Assembly (NCBI RefSeq): GCF_001194135.2
Contig: NC_068982.1
Span: forward strand, 149,771,620 to 149,835,619
Reading direction: 5' to 3'
From: Octopus bimaculoides
Lineage: Eukaryota
DNA length: 64,000 bases
Shown one piece after another: positions 25,920 to 38,452 of this stretch. The position numbers and the translations under genes were made by a program. Within the stretch, counting starts at the first letter, position 1, and each line of letters starts with the position of its first letter. Below the pieces are notes generated by a model that saw only the letters and a list, made by a program, of their open reading frames with translations, had not been told where the DNA came from and ran no database searches.

Positions 25920-26683
25920 AAGATTTACTTTCTTGATCCTTTAGTTCCCAATATTTTGAACTGTAGCTCTGATTGTAACAGTGATGTTCTTGTTCTAGGA
26001 TTTATTGAAGTGTTTGTTAACTGGCAACACACATTTGTGAGGGTGTTTTCATTTGATTGTGCAAATGCCCAGCCGGATAGTGTTCCCAATGTAATTTCTG
26101 TCACATTTTGTGCATTCTTAACTGGTAGGCAACTGCTCAACTGCCTTATGTTGTGAATGGTAGTTGTTAGTGCTCTGTCCTCCAATTAGTTCATAATAGG
26201 GATAGCCAGCAGGTTCAACAGATCCCATTGACAGTACTGTGGTATGTTACATGATCAAGGAAACCAGTAATGTGTTGTTCACAATGATTGACATGAGTTG
26301 GTGGATGTCTAAGTGTGAGATTGAAACAAATGTTGAAGTGATGTTGTGATTGGTCTGTAGATTTGATGCCTTGAAGTGAGAGAATTTCTATGCTAAAAAG
26401 ATTTCTGTTGTTTTTGAGTATAATGAAGCCAACTTGTTGGAGCCTTTGATGCAAACAATTATCAACCTGTGTGAAGAAGGTTTGTAGTGTAAGGTTTGAT
26501 CCAAGAAAGAAGCCAAGAAATTTTGTATAATAATTTTTTAAGCTGGAGACAGTGGATCTAATTTTAAGTTTCAGTTTAAAATTGTTTCTCTTTATGAGAC
26601 GGTAGAAGATAAGTTTTGCTGTTTTTAATGGCAAAAAGATGCCTTTGTTACTGATGTCAACCTAAATGGTGTTGATGAGGTTT
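25920..26683 (-). mobile_element. Degenerate non-LTR retrotransposon fragment (RT thumb region, CR1/L2/Jockey-like)
   Basis: Minus-strand ORF contains TKFLGFFLGSNLTL..VDNCLHQRL..ILK, resembling KFLG..LD..L.W..HI; clade not resolved. Confidence 0.5.
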
Positions 26684-26862
26684 TTAAATCTTCACCATTT
26701 AAACTGGCCTGATCTGACTTCTCACAACTAGCCTACAATGTCCTCTATAAATAATCACATCATCAAAATCTGAAAGCTACAAGATAATACATGTTTAATT
26801 CAAAACATTGTGGATAAATAGGCATTGCATTAGACAGAGTAATCTGAATATTAAAGGGTTAA
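26684..26862. mobile_element. TTAA-bounded MITE (piggyBac-like ends), internally deleted
   Basis: Right end gacagagtaatctgaatattaaagggttaa; degenerate left end ttaaatcttcaccatttaaactggcc; interrupts the LINE remnant. Confidence 0.6.
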
Positions 26863-29800
26863 TCTAGATTGGTGTGATCTATAATATCAGTGCAATCCAG
26901 AGTTGTTCAGTTGCTCAAGTGCAGATATCCTGAATGGAATGCCAAATTCTTTCTCTTTGTAAGAAGTATGTTAAATGAACTATTTCAAATGAAGTATTGG
27001 AATTTAAAGAAATCAGAGCTTTCCCTAGTTATTTTTCTAGGAGGTTGGAGATGAACAGTTTACAACAAGCAAGTTTGAGGTTAAGTTTATGGTCGATGGG
27101 ATATGTCTGTAACTGATGTCAACCTTAATGGTATTGATGAGGTTTTTAAATCTTTAGTATTTAAACTGGCCTGGTCTAACCTATCACAACTAAATGGGTT
27201 AAATGGGCTGCCAGAGGTGTTAGATAGCAAATCTGATAGTAGTGGTTGTGTTGTAGTATTGAGTTTGTGAGCAGAAATATATGTAACCTGTAAGGGTAGG
27301 CAAATTCAATAGAGTTTCAAGTGAGCTTTATACTATCATAATTTTTTTTCTCCTCAGGATCACTATTAAATTTTCTCCATTTAATCAAAATGTTTCTTGC
27401 AAATCAACAACCCATTATTTATTGGACATCATTAGAGGGATCCACTGGTCTTGTTTAACATTATTTCAATATATTTAGCAATGAGTCTTTTAATTTTCAT
27501 CATGTCTCATTATACAATCATCACCAGTGAATTTAGTGGTCATTTCCCAATTGTCCTCTTTTGTTCTTTTTATGCTTGTGTTATTATTTTTTTTTCTCAG
27601 TCTTTAATCATGAACATTTCTCACATAGTGAAAGTGAAAACTTCACCTTGCCTATTACATAAATGTATGCTTGAATGTTATGCATGAAATTAACTATATT
27701 TTGTTCTTTTTTAAGTTTTTTTCCTTTTTCTTTGTTATTCTGTAAAAGAATATTTTTGTATTGATCAGTAATGTTAGCCTAATTAAATGAAACTTTATTG
27801 CTTGTCTTTAGTAAATGGCATAGCATAAACTCTCACTTGTTGATAATTATCTGGACTGTTATCTTATTTTATAAAATAATTGCTTTAAAAGTTTGTTCAA
27901 AAGGTGTTGAATTATCAGTGTAACTTTGAATCACTTTATCGAGTACATTATTTTTTTTTTGTGTGTGTGGTAATTACTAAATGCCTATCAGAGTTGAATT
28001 GCCTTTACATCTTTTTTTTTACCTTCTTTTGCATCATCATCATTACCCATTACTACCTCTATGATAGCAATGTCTTTGTCATCATTATCAGAGTTATTCT
28101 TTTGATTATTATCATTGTTCTCTACATATGTTTTTCATGTGGCATCTGTTGTATTGTACAGGGTTGAGAATTCAATTAGCGTCACTGTCTTTTTTGTATA
28201 TTGTAAGCCCATCACCAATTTGGTTACTGTTCTTTTAAGAGTTTTAGAATGAAAATTAATCAGTTGAGAAGCTACTTCTATTCAAAAATTCTTGTTGCTA
28301 TTTACTTTTGTGTTATTTAGGCTAGCTTAATAGAAGGTATGAAATGTACAATAACTTTTGTGCTCAGTTTACAATTAACCATTGCAGAAACTTGAAAAGG
28401 TCGAGTTTCATTCTTACAACTACAAAGTTCCTTCATGATATGTTGATCCAATATGAAGAATAAATACACCTCACATAAAAGTATTGCTACCCCATTTTGA
28501 TCAAGAAACCAACTGCAACACACCTACATACACACTAACACAAATACTGATATGCAGACTTTTTCTCTCACCAACACTTTAGCAAGATCTTCTTTTCTCA
28601 GACTACTACTGCTGCCTCTATCTTCTGATATTGTTGTGTATATCATATCCACATTAACACATTTTATATCAACTTCATTATTTGTCATCACTAATGTATT
28701 TTATACTCTTAGACTCCATACTTAACTCTTTGCTCAGTCATTTTCTCTTCAGAGCCACATCTTTGTAGAACATCATGCTTTTTTTTTTTTTTTTTTTTTT
28801 TTTTTCTCCCTCAACCACTCGCAGTAGCCTGTAACTTCAATTGTATTCATTATAATATATATGGTCCTGAAGTATTTATGAGTACAGTTTTACCAGTTTA
28901 GGCTGTTAAAAAACTGAAGTTGAATATCAATTCTATTACACAATAAATATTTGAATTATCCCAAGTTGTAACATTCTTTGCTTTGAAAGAAGGTTATTTA
29001 ATCTAAGAAATTTAATCTAACTTATTCAGAATGGTAAAATGAAAGACTTTTTAAATTTCCAAAATAATGAGAAAAATTAATTACTAAAATTATTTGTCAC
29101 TTCTTTGATTTGTTCAAGTTAATTTGCTTTTAAATTATCCAATTTGTCATCAACTTAAAGTATGTTTTCTTTTAATTCTTTTTTGTACAATTGTAAGAGT
29201 TTTAAATAAAATGTCTCCTAGATTATAAAAAAGATAAAATTGGAACATAATACATATCCTGCCTGTGAGTGACTTCATCAGCAGAAGTACAAATCTATTA
29301 ACTTTTCTTCCATTCTGAATTAATGCTTCTTTTTTTTTTTTTTTCTTTGGTGGGTGGGGTATCAAAAAGCTGTTTATTCGTGGAAAAAGAATATAATAGA
29401 TCAATTGAACTCTTTATATTTATTTTATCAATCACTGAGAGCTGAAAATCAAAATTAACCATGGTGGAATTTACACTTATACTATATAGATCATGAGTCA
29501 GCAACTTCTTTTATAATGGCCCACTTTTGAATTGTTTTACATATGCCTATCCGTCAGTATATTATATCTTATCTTACATATAAAAATATCCGCATATCTC
29601 CTAATTTCCACCACCAGCAATGTTTATGTTCGCAAAAATGAGATAAATCGTCACACAAAGACTATCTGTTTAAATGGCATCGATTGCTCAATGACTCACT
29701 AATGCATTTAGTTTTGCTTTTATTAAAGGCCCATGGTTCCACGGAGAACACTCATGTAACCCATTTGTAGGCTATGCCCTCCCCTCCTCCCACTACTGTC

Positions 29801-30856
29801 ACCCGCCCACTGATGTAAATGGACAAAATTAAATATTTTAAAACACCCACTGCTCTATTGTTTCGGACACTCCACTAACGCTTTTCTTTGAAAACTATAA
29901 AATAAAAGAACAAATAAATATATTTTGGCCATCACAACTGAGGTCATGTTGAAGTACAGTACTCTGGTATGACCTTAGCTATGGTGGCCAAAATGTAGTT
30001 TTACTGTGTACATAGGACCTATTAGAAGAAACAAGTGATTAAAAGAAACAGAAAGTGGCAATACTATCTATTAGGTGTATTTAGTTTTGCAGAAATAATA
30101 AAATAAAAAAATCATGAAGNNNNNNNNNNATTTTTAATGCAATCTATGTAGATACTTAAGTACCTATAAAAATTTGTTACTGAATATCTCAACCACTATA
30201 ATTTTGTTTTGGAAACATGCTTTCAATTTATTGATGTTGAAACCTAATGTAAATCTGACAGTTTTTCAGTATCTAATCATTGTTGATGTAATGCCAAACA
30301 TCTATGTTACATTAATATTTATGATTTGTCATAAATAGCTGATTTTTTAATTCCAATTGTTTCTATAGTGTAAAAAATGTGCAAAATTTTTAATGTGCCA
30401 AATGTATAAATGATAAATTGATATAAGCTGTAATGGCACAAACACCTATAAAAAAGAATTATATTTTGAAATGATTCTGGAACTTACTAGTGTTCAGCCT
30501 ATGTATTTACTGTATGTACATAAATGCCTATATCATTGGTGTAAGGGACTTTGAGGGAATGAAAAAAAAAAACAACCTAATATATATATTTACAGGGGAT
30601 TTCTCAAGCAAAGTGTTTATATATATTTGTATTTATTGTATTGTTCATATCTGGATGATTCTAATTGTGTAGTTCATGTAAGATAATTTTATTTTTTAAC
30701 CTATTTTGGCTATCTTCTGCTTTGATAATCTTTTCTGTCATATTTCATTCTTGTCCTGTTGGGAATACAACTATAAGGTCCAAGCAGTTTCTGTTTCTTT
30801 TAAATCTATCTTATATTCTCTTAATTATGTTACATGTGCACTTTTGATTCCTGCAG

Positions 30857-30895
30857 GGATGACCAAATGGCCGTATGAATCTGCTTTGAATTTTG
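30857..30895 (+). CDS. Candidate 39-nt micro-exon carrying an alternative ATG (MTKWPYESALNF)
   Basis: ttttgattcctgcag acceptor and ttg|gtaagt donor; ends in phase 1, compatible with 38453. Confidence 0.5.
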
Positions 30896-33800
30896 GTAAG
30901 TTTCCTGTAGAGGATAATCAGAAGCTATAGGCTTATATCATGTATGTGTATGTGTGTGTTTGAATATACAAATGAGCAAGGAAAAATGAATTCAATACAT
31001 ATAGTATATTAATTCAAATGAGTTCTCTGAAGCTGCTTTGGGTTTCCTGTTACTTGTACATTCAAATTTCTATGCAGAATGTGCAAGAAGTGAGGAAATT
31101 CAGAGTAGTTGAAAGTGGTGTATGTATGCATGCATGCATCTATGCACGTGTATGTGTGTACACTCTGTGATGGACTGGGGTCTTGTTCAGGTGAAATGTC
31201 ATGCTCTCAATCACTTATGTCATGGAAGCTAGGTAACTGCTCCATGAGTACTAGGACTTCCAACAGTGTTTACTGTTTTTATTTATACACATGCACACGC
31301 ACATATATAAATGAGTTTACTTTACCAAATATGCTGGTGCTCATTTTACCATTAAGATTTTATGCAGCAGAATATTTTACCCCAACATATTTTTGTTTGT
31401 TAACAAAAATATTATATACGTGTCTACTTTATCTAAAATCTGTAGTAACAGTGGGACTGTTTTGTTCATGACATTTAAAAAGACCAAAACCTGTCTAAAG
31501 TCGTCACTGTGCTGCTAAAGATCAGATTCACACCCAACTCCATTCTATATTTTTCAGAGTTACCACCATCCTAGACTGGTCACAGGCCCACATCTCATTC
31601 ATACATTCTCGACTTGGTGTCTGGTTGAATGCCTTTTCTGTCACTAGTCCCTTCAAAGTGTATACTGGGCACATTTATTGTGGCACTAATATTAGAGAAA
31701 TTGTTATACCTTAAACATTACGAAAGAGTCCTGTTGATCCTGTGCTTATCTCCACTCATTTTCCAATCACTTTTACAGAGTATACTGGGTGCATTTTATC
31801 ATGGCACCTGCATTAGTGAGGTTATCTTTATTCTGTAAGACTAAAGAGGATGATAGTGTAATTAGAGTGAAGGGTAGTTGAGAAGAAAAGAGTGAGGGAT
31901 AGTAATAGAGCTGAATAAGAGAGAGATAGATATGAATAGCCAGTGGCCCAAGAAGGGGGAATTGTGATATGACTTATCACAAATGGGATGGTGTTAGGGT
32001 GCATTGGGTACAAATAGATCTGGTGTAATCCTTTGTAAATAGATCTCATGGTGGGAGAAAGAGGTAAAGTAAGAAGGATGGTGGTTGGAAATGGAGATTG
32101 AATACAAGTAGGTCTAGTGCTATCCCTTGTTTCATGGACAGCATATTATATAATATAGTGGGTAGGAATGAGGATCAGTGGTATATATCAATGTGTGTAT
32201 GCCTATGTGTGTATTTGATTGTTCCTCTATTTTCCCTGCTCTTTTTAGTAATATAATGCATGATGCTTATTAAATCATATCTTTTTGTAGGCTTTGCATA
32301 AGCATAGATTATAATATGCAGCTGGCGTCAGTCATTGGTTCCTTGGCAGTTTGCTTCTTCCCCCCTCTTGTATGCTTTATTTCAAATGTTTTTTCTTTCA
32401 TTTCAAAAATGCAGCATATACTTTCCTTTATTTCGTCTTCTGATAGCGTTACATTCTAGCTATCAAATTAGTTATTTGCGGCTTCTAGTATTGTTTTTAA
32501 AATTTCTAGTTGGCATGGTTGATAAACTGAAATTTATGCACCTCAGGGCCAATACAATTTGGAAAGATAGAATTTTCTGTTAGTATTTTTCCTCTTTCTG
32601 ATTCTCTCTGTTCTTTATGGCTTGGTTTAATTTGTTATCAACACCTTGAATTTGTTTCAGACTGTTTTTATTTTCACTAATACATTGCTCATTACTTTAA
32701 ATAATATTCCCTTTCATTGAAGTATATATATTAAGAAAAGAAATAAAAAGAAAATTACACAAATTGGAAATATAATACAAATTACTTATCTATATAAAAC
32801 TTGGGTGCTGCACTAAAGTGGGACTCAACTCCCACTGATATGTAATTGAATTATATTCACAGATTCATGGCATTAGTGTCTTAGCCCAAATAGCATGTAC
32901 TTTAACGTAGCATAGGTCATACAGCTAAATCTGGCAGAATCCATCCTTCTCCAGGTCTAACCACTGCCAGTTTCTTTGAGAGAAAGAGGAAGAGAGAAAG
33001 TAATAGCTGACAGAGATGAACTGACAAAAGTTAAAGTTGGCAGAAATTTAATTCAGAGCATTAGGGACCAAAACAAACTGTCTCTATATCTCTCTTTTAC
33101 TCTCTCTCCTCTTCATCTCTTAAGGGGATGTAAAATGTGACTGGAGAACTCAACCAACCAACATTTATATCAGCTGGGTTTTTTGGGTTTTTTTTCAATA
33201 GACTACAGCAGTTAGAACTCTAAAGAAAGAGATTAAAACATGAAATATCACTTTGGTTGATTACTTCACAATTAAACATTTCCATTTTATGTTACAATAT
33301 ACTGCTTTGATGTATTAATTAGTTTGTTATAAAGAACTATCATCCCATGTACAGATAGCAATGATGAACTAGAGCACTAATGAAAATTGATGAAAAGTTG
33401 GTGTTGTTTACAATATATGTGGAGGGATATGTGTATCTTAGGATGTTAATGCATCACTGGTGTTTTATATCTATATATTTACAAAACATAAGCAGAATAA
33501 TTTTATTGTAAGCACCAATCAGCAACAGTTTTAAATGAAGTTCATAACATGAGCTTTTTGTTTTAAAATTCATCTCTAATTTGTTTTATATTTTACTTTG
33601 TTTCCTTATATGAATGATCAAGTCTGTTAAATATATCTTTTGTAATTGGAGCATATGACTTTTTTTTTTTTTTTTAAATGTTTGTGTACTATTAGTCAGT
33701 TGGCTCATGTCATTGCCAACAAGGGGTAAATTACATTTTTGTAAATGTGACTTTTCATTTATTTATTATCTTCAGCGATAATTTATATAATTCACTCAGT

Positions 33801-34428
33801 GTCCATATACAAGAGTTCAAATTGTTGCCGCCTTCTGGGGTTAAAATTAACTTATGAAAAATGTAGCCTACATTCTCTAGGCTGCACAATATATTTTCAA
33901 GCCTTGTTGTATGAGAAAAATTGCAATCTCAGTGCTTGGAAATGCAGTGCTTTGTCACAGGGTGGAGATGTGGTGTGTTAAATCATGAAAGATAGTGAGG
34001 TCTAGCATTTGTAGTGACTTACAGGATTTTAATTGTTAGGCTTGTTCATTTGCAGGGTAGTTGCAGTGCAAGATTTTGTTTCCTCAATAAATGTACTGAT
34101 TGATTGGGTAGCATGTCTTCATTAGAGATTTAAAAAAAAAATTTTGTCTCCATTCAGTGCTTTGTTGGGCATGAGATATGGACAATCAAAACCCATTGTT
34201 AAGCTCTAAGCTCATTTAAATGCCTTCTTTGCTTAAATTATCACATTAAAAGCACCAATTTGTAGGATTGGTATTCTAACTACATCTTTTGTAAAAAAAA
34301 ATTATTTTTACTTTATTCCTGTTTTCTGGCATTCTGTGAGTGTATGTATGTAGATAAATGCATTTTGTGTAGATACATAATGTGCATCAATGGTATCACA
34401 ATGTAAATTGCTAGTATTTTGCATGCAA

Positions 34429-34466
<38 letters not shown>

Positions 34467-36788
34467 CCAACTTTAAGTTGTGCAAATCCTGTAAACCCTT
34501 TATTTGTAGCAGAAGTAAACAAACATTCTGGATTTTTTTTCCCTGAGCTAAGAAACAATTTAGTCCTAACCAATTGATGACATACAACAAAACAAACTGC
34601 ATAGCCTATTATTTTCAACACTTCAGTCTTATACTGAGAGAGTATGACATGATTAGTAGAAAACTAATTACTAATTAAACAATTTATACATATTAGGCTC
34701 AGGATATATCTAAGTCCTCTAATAACTTGTAGTTATTGATATCAATAATGATAAAATATCTTTAATGCATTGTGGTTATGACTACTGTCTCTTAGGTTTT
34801 CATCCTTAAAATATTTAATGCTTGCTTTTAGGAAGATTTAAGCAAACAATTTTGGAAATTTTTTAAATATTCTTTACTTAATAATCCAGTAATTGCTTTT
34901 ATCTGAAAATAAGTCTTGTACAAAATGATAAAAGAAATTATGTCTAATTAATGATATTATAGCAATATTCTTTGAATATTACAGGTTCAATATTTTGATT
35001 CTCTGGCGGGGTCATTAACCTAGTGGATTAGTTCAGGAATTCTCCTCCAGATTCCTAAAAATGGGTTAATCCTAACCCAAATCACTCTGTAGATTATGTG
35101 GTGTATGGCTAACCTATGCTACTTTAAATTATTCTTTATAACAATAACATGTATATGCAGGCAGGGATAACTGTAAATGTATATATGTATGTGTGTGTGG
35201 TTAAGAAGTTTGTTTCTCAGCCATGTGGTTTCAGGTTCAGTCCTACTGCGCAGTTCATTTTAGCAAGTGTTTTCTGCTGTAGTCTCGGTTAAAGCTATTT
35301 AGCTTTGGATGTACATCATTATGTGATTACAAAAACTTAGTATGCAACTGTATAGTTTAACATTCAGCCTTGGTGAGTAGAAATGTACGTCAGAATAAAA
35401 CCAATATAAATTGATATATTTGTAAGTTTATTATAGGTAAAGAAGAACATATATAGATATGAAAACTAACTTAAACAACAACCATAAAACTCAAGTGAAT
35501 ATTTCCATTAAATTCTATATTGATATATATTTTTTTATAATGCTGGTTTTCTCACCAACATTATAAACAAGCTAAATAAATTTTGTGCTGGCAACATACC
35601 AAGAGTTATTGAATTTAATGGAATCTAAATTGAAATCTGTTTTTCAATGCATATATTTTTGTTGCTCTTCCCTTAAGATATATTCCACTTTGAAACAATA
35701 GGTTGGATTCATCTAATTATTTATTAAAAGGAGGTTATGTGCAGATTGTTTAGATTCGTACAGAATAATATCATAGAATTTTTTTTTTTTTTCATAATGT
35801 ATGTTTGTAAAATTACAAGTGTTCAAGGAGACTAATTTCATAGTTTTATACATATGATGTATGGCTATTCATCCAGCTTAGGATTGCTTAATTTCAGATT
35901 TCTATTTGTGTAGTGTAATCAAAATGGATAATTTAATTGATTTTATGAAAGGTTCAGTTGCAGTAAATATATCATGTGTTTATTTTACTAATAGAATACA
36001 AAATTTGTGTGATGACAGCCAAGAATTTAATGTGTGGAGCGTAAAGTACTTTAAATCGGTCTTCAGCCTCACATATTACAAATAAACTTCAAAATAGATA
36101 GCTATAATAATTGAAGATAGTCACAATATATATATATTAAGTGGAAAAACATTGTGTTCATGTTGTAGAAGTTACCTTTAAATATAAGTATCTCTCTTCC
36201 AAGAGGATTTTAAACTTATTTTTAAGATCCTCAAATAGTATTTTTAAAAGTAACCATATAAAAAGTAATATATTTTAAAATGACGACCTTTTGGGTGAGA
36301 ATGTTTTCTAGGTTTTCATCTTTTAAAATTCTCAGTTTGTTGTTAACTCTGGTCAAATTAACTTACACTCAAAGGTGTTCCAGCCATAACCATCCTCTTT
36401 TGTACATAAGGTACTACTTTATATCCTTCTTTCTGTGCTAAGGGACATTTTTTTTTTCATTTTTACTTAGCTGTCATTTCATATCTACGATCTGCTGTAA
36501 GATTTCATTTTGTCAGATTTTTTTTTTTTTTTCTGCAATTTCAATAGTGTTATGTATATATAGTCTTGAAAATATTATCTATATGTAGTTTTATCAATTA
36601 TTGTACATGCTAAAATTCAGTTATTTAATGTTAAAACCTTTTGCTTATATCTTACTGGCAATAGAATAATGCATTCTGATATTAAAGATTATTTGTAATA
36701 TGAACTTCACTGTTATGTTAGATAATTCATTCCTACCTCATTGAAAATTTCTATTTATAAACCAAAATTTGTATTTATTGCACTACAG

Positions 36789-36840
36789 GAAAAATTTGGC
36801 TTGTCTCCCCAACTCTTGCACACAGCTTCCCACCTTGAAA
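36789..36840 (+). CDS. Candidate GW182 exon (EKFGLSPQLLHTASHLE, phase 0 to 1); alternative longer donor at 36955
   Basis: tttattgcactacag acceptor, aaa|gtaagt donor; bridges the 20936 exon (phase 0) to the 38453 exon (phase 1) in frame. Confidence 0.5.
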
Positions 36841-38452
36841 GTAAGTGTAATGCTGTGCGGGTCTCCACACAACCCACATGGCAAAGGAAAAAGTCTGGCA
36901 GAGTGCCAGATGAATCTAGAAGGCTTTCAAGGACACATCCCTGGAATGTCAGCAGGTATATTTCCTTGAAGATTGTTAGGACTCTCTTAAAATATTAGAG
37001 ATAAATTTAACATTAAATTGTCTGTTATTGGCAACAGTGCAATGATTATGTCAACTATATATTATGTTGACTCATAGAAAACTTGTGTACCTGCATTTTT
37101 GTTTTATTACTATATACTTACATCTAATTTTCAAGGTTCCTTGCTAAACTGATCTTTCCCTGGGGTTTACCTTCCATTTCTGAATAGTACCTTGTTTTGT
37201 CCTTAATGTTTGACAAGGAGTGTGACTGAAATCTGTTAAGGGATTTTAATGTTTTCCTTACCCCAATCTCTTTTAACCTTGTATCTCTGCATTCCCTTTG
37301 AAGGGATCAGTTTAGTTTGTTTATGAATATTTAACATGTAAGAAAAATTGTTTAATACTTTGATGATTAATGCTATTTTATTTATTTTATTTTTTGATAG
37401 TTTCATTTATGCCTTCAGTTGTTTCTGTTACCAATTTCAAGAATCCTCTATTTCAGATCTCTTTATTTTTCAGGAACAATTATTATTATTATTTTTGTTT
37501 GTTTTTCTTTGTGCATGTGCACAACAACACTTGTAGAAAGAAAGAAAAAACTAAAAATAACATGAATATATTCCTAAGTGCCAGTTCATTATGTTCATTA
37601 TGTTACTTGGGTATAGGCAAAGAACATAAATTATTACACTACTGTTTTAGAAGTGAGTAAATTTAGCAGTAAAATAATAGTGATGTTTGATATTAATTAC
37701 AGAAACAAGGTTTGTGTAAAATCATTAAATATCTAACTATCAAACAAATAATTAACTTATCATGAATGTTGGTTCTATGGTTATTCAAATATATCATTGA
37801 GAAATCAACTCTGCCAAAAGTATATTTAACTTCCATATTGTTTGTCAATCATAATCATAACACTGCCTAAACCAGCAAGCCTTTCTTACCAGATGACACC
37901 CCACACAACTAAATTCTAAATAAAAAAAAGCCTGCTGCAGACTTGGCTGAAACCTTATGATCAGAGTGTGTCTGATGCACTGGACACACCCTAACATTTC
38001 CTAGCAAACTTATGGTACCTTGAAGCTGTAAGTTTGCTAGGAAAGCTAGTAAGGCTACTCAGCATTAACAACTACATACATAACATTCAATAGTCCCATA
38101 ATTTTAGAAAACAATGATTGTATACTAATTTAAAGCTGCTACAATGGGGGAACATTTTCCCTGTTGTATGTATAAAACTATACAAGGTAATAAATAAAAT
38201 ATATTGCTAATTACCTTCAGTTTTTGTACATAGATGCTTATATTCAAAACAAATTTTGAGAGATAAGTATACTTTCGTGGTTTTAAAATATTGTGAAAAA
38301 TGGTATTTCTGTCATTAAAAATTTATGAAGTTTTCCATTTTCCTATGCATCTTAGTTTGCTTTCAGATTTATAGAATACAGAAATGAATAATATTCTTGT
38401 AATTATAATATATTTTATTTATTTATGTGTTCTTTTTCTTTTATTTTTACAG

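Noticed and set aside
27358-27460. Strong-looking acceptor tttttttctcctcag
   Set aside because: Immediate stop in phase 0 and no matching donor nearby, so I could not define an exon.
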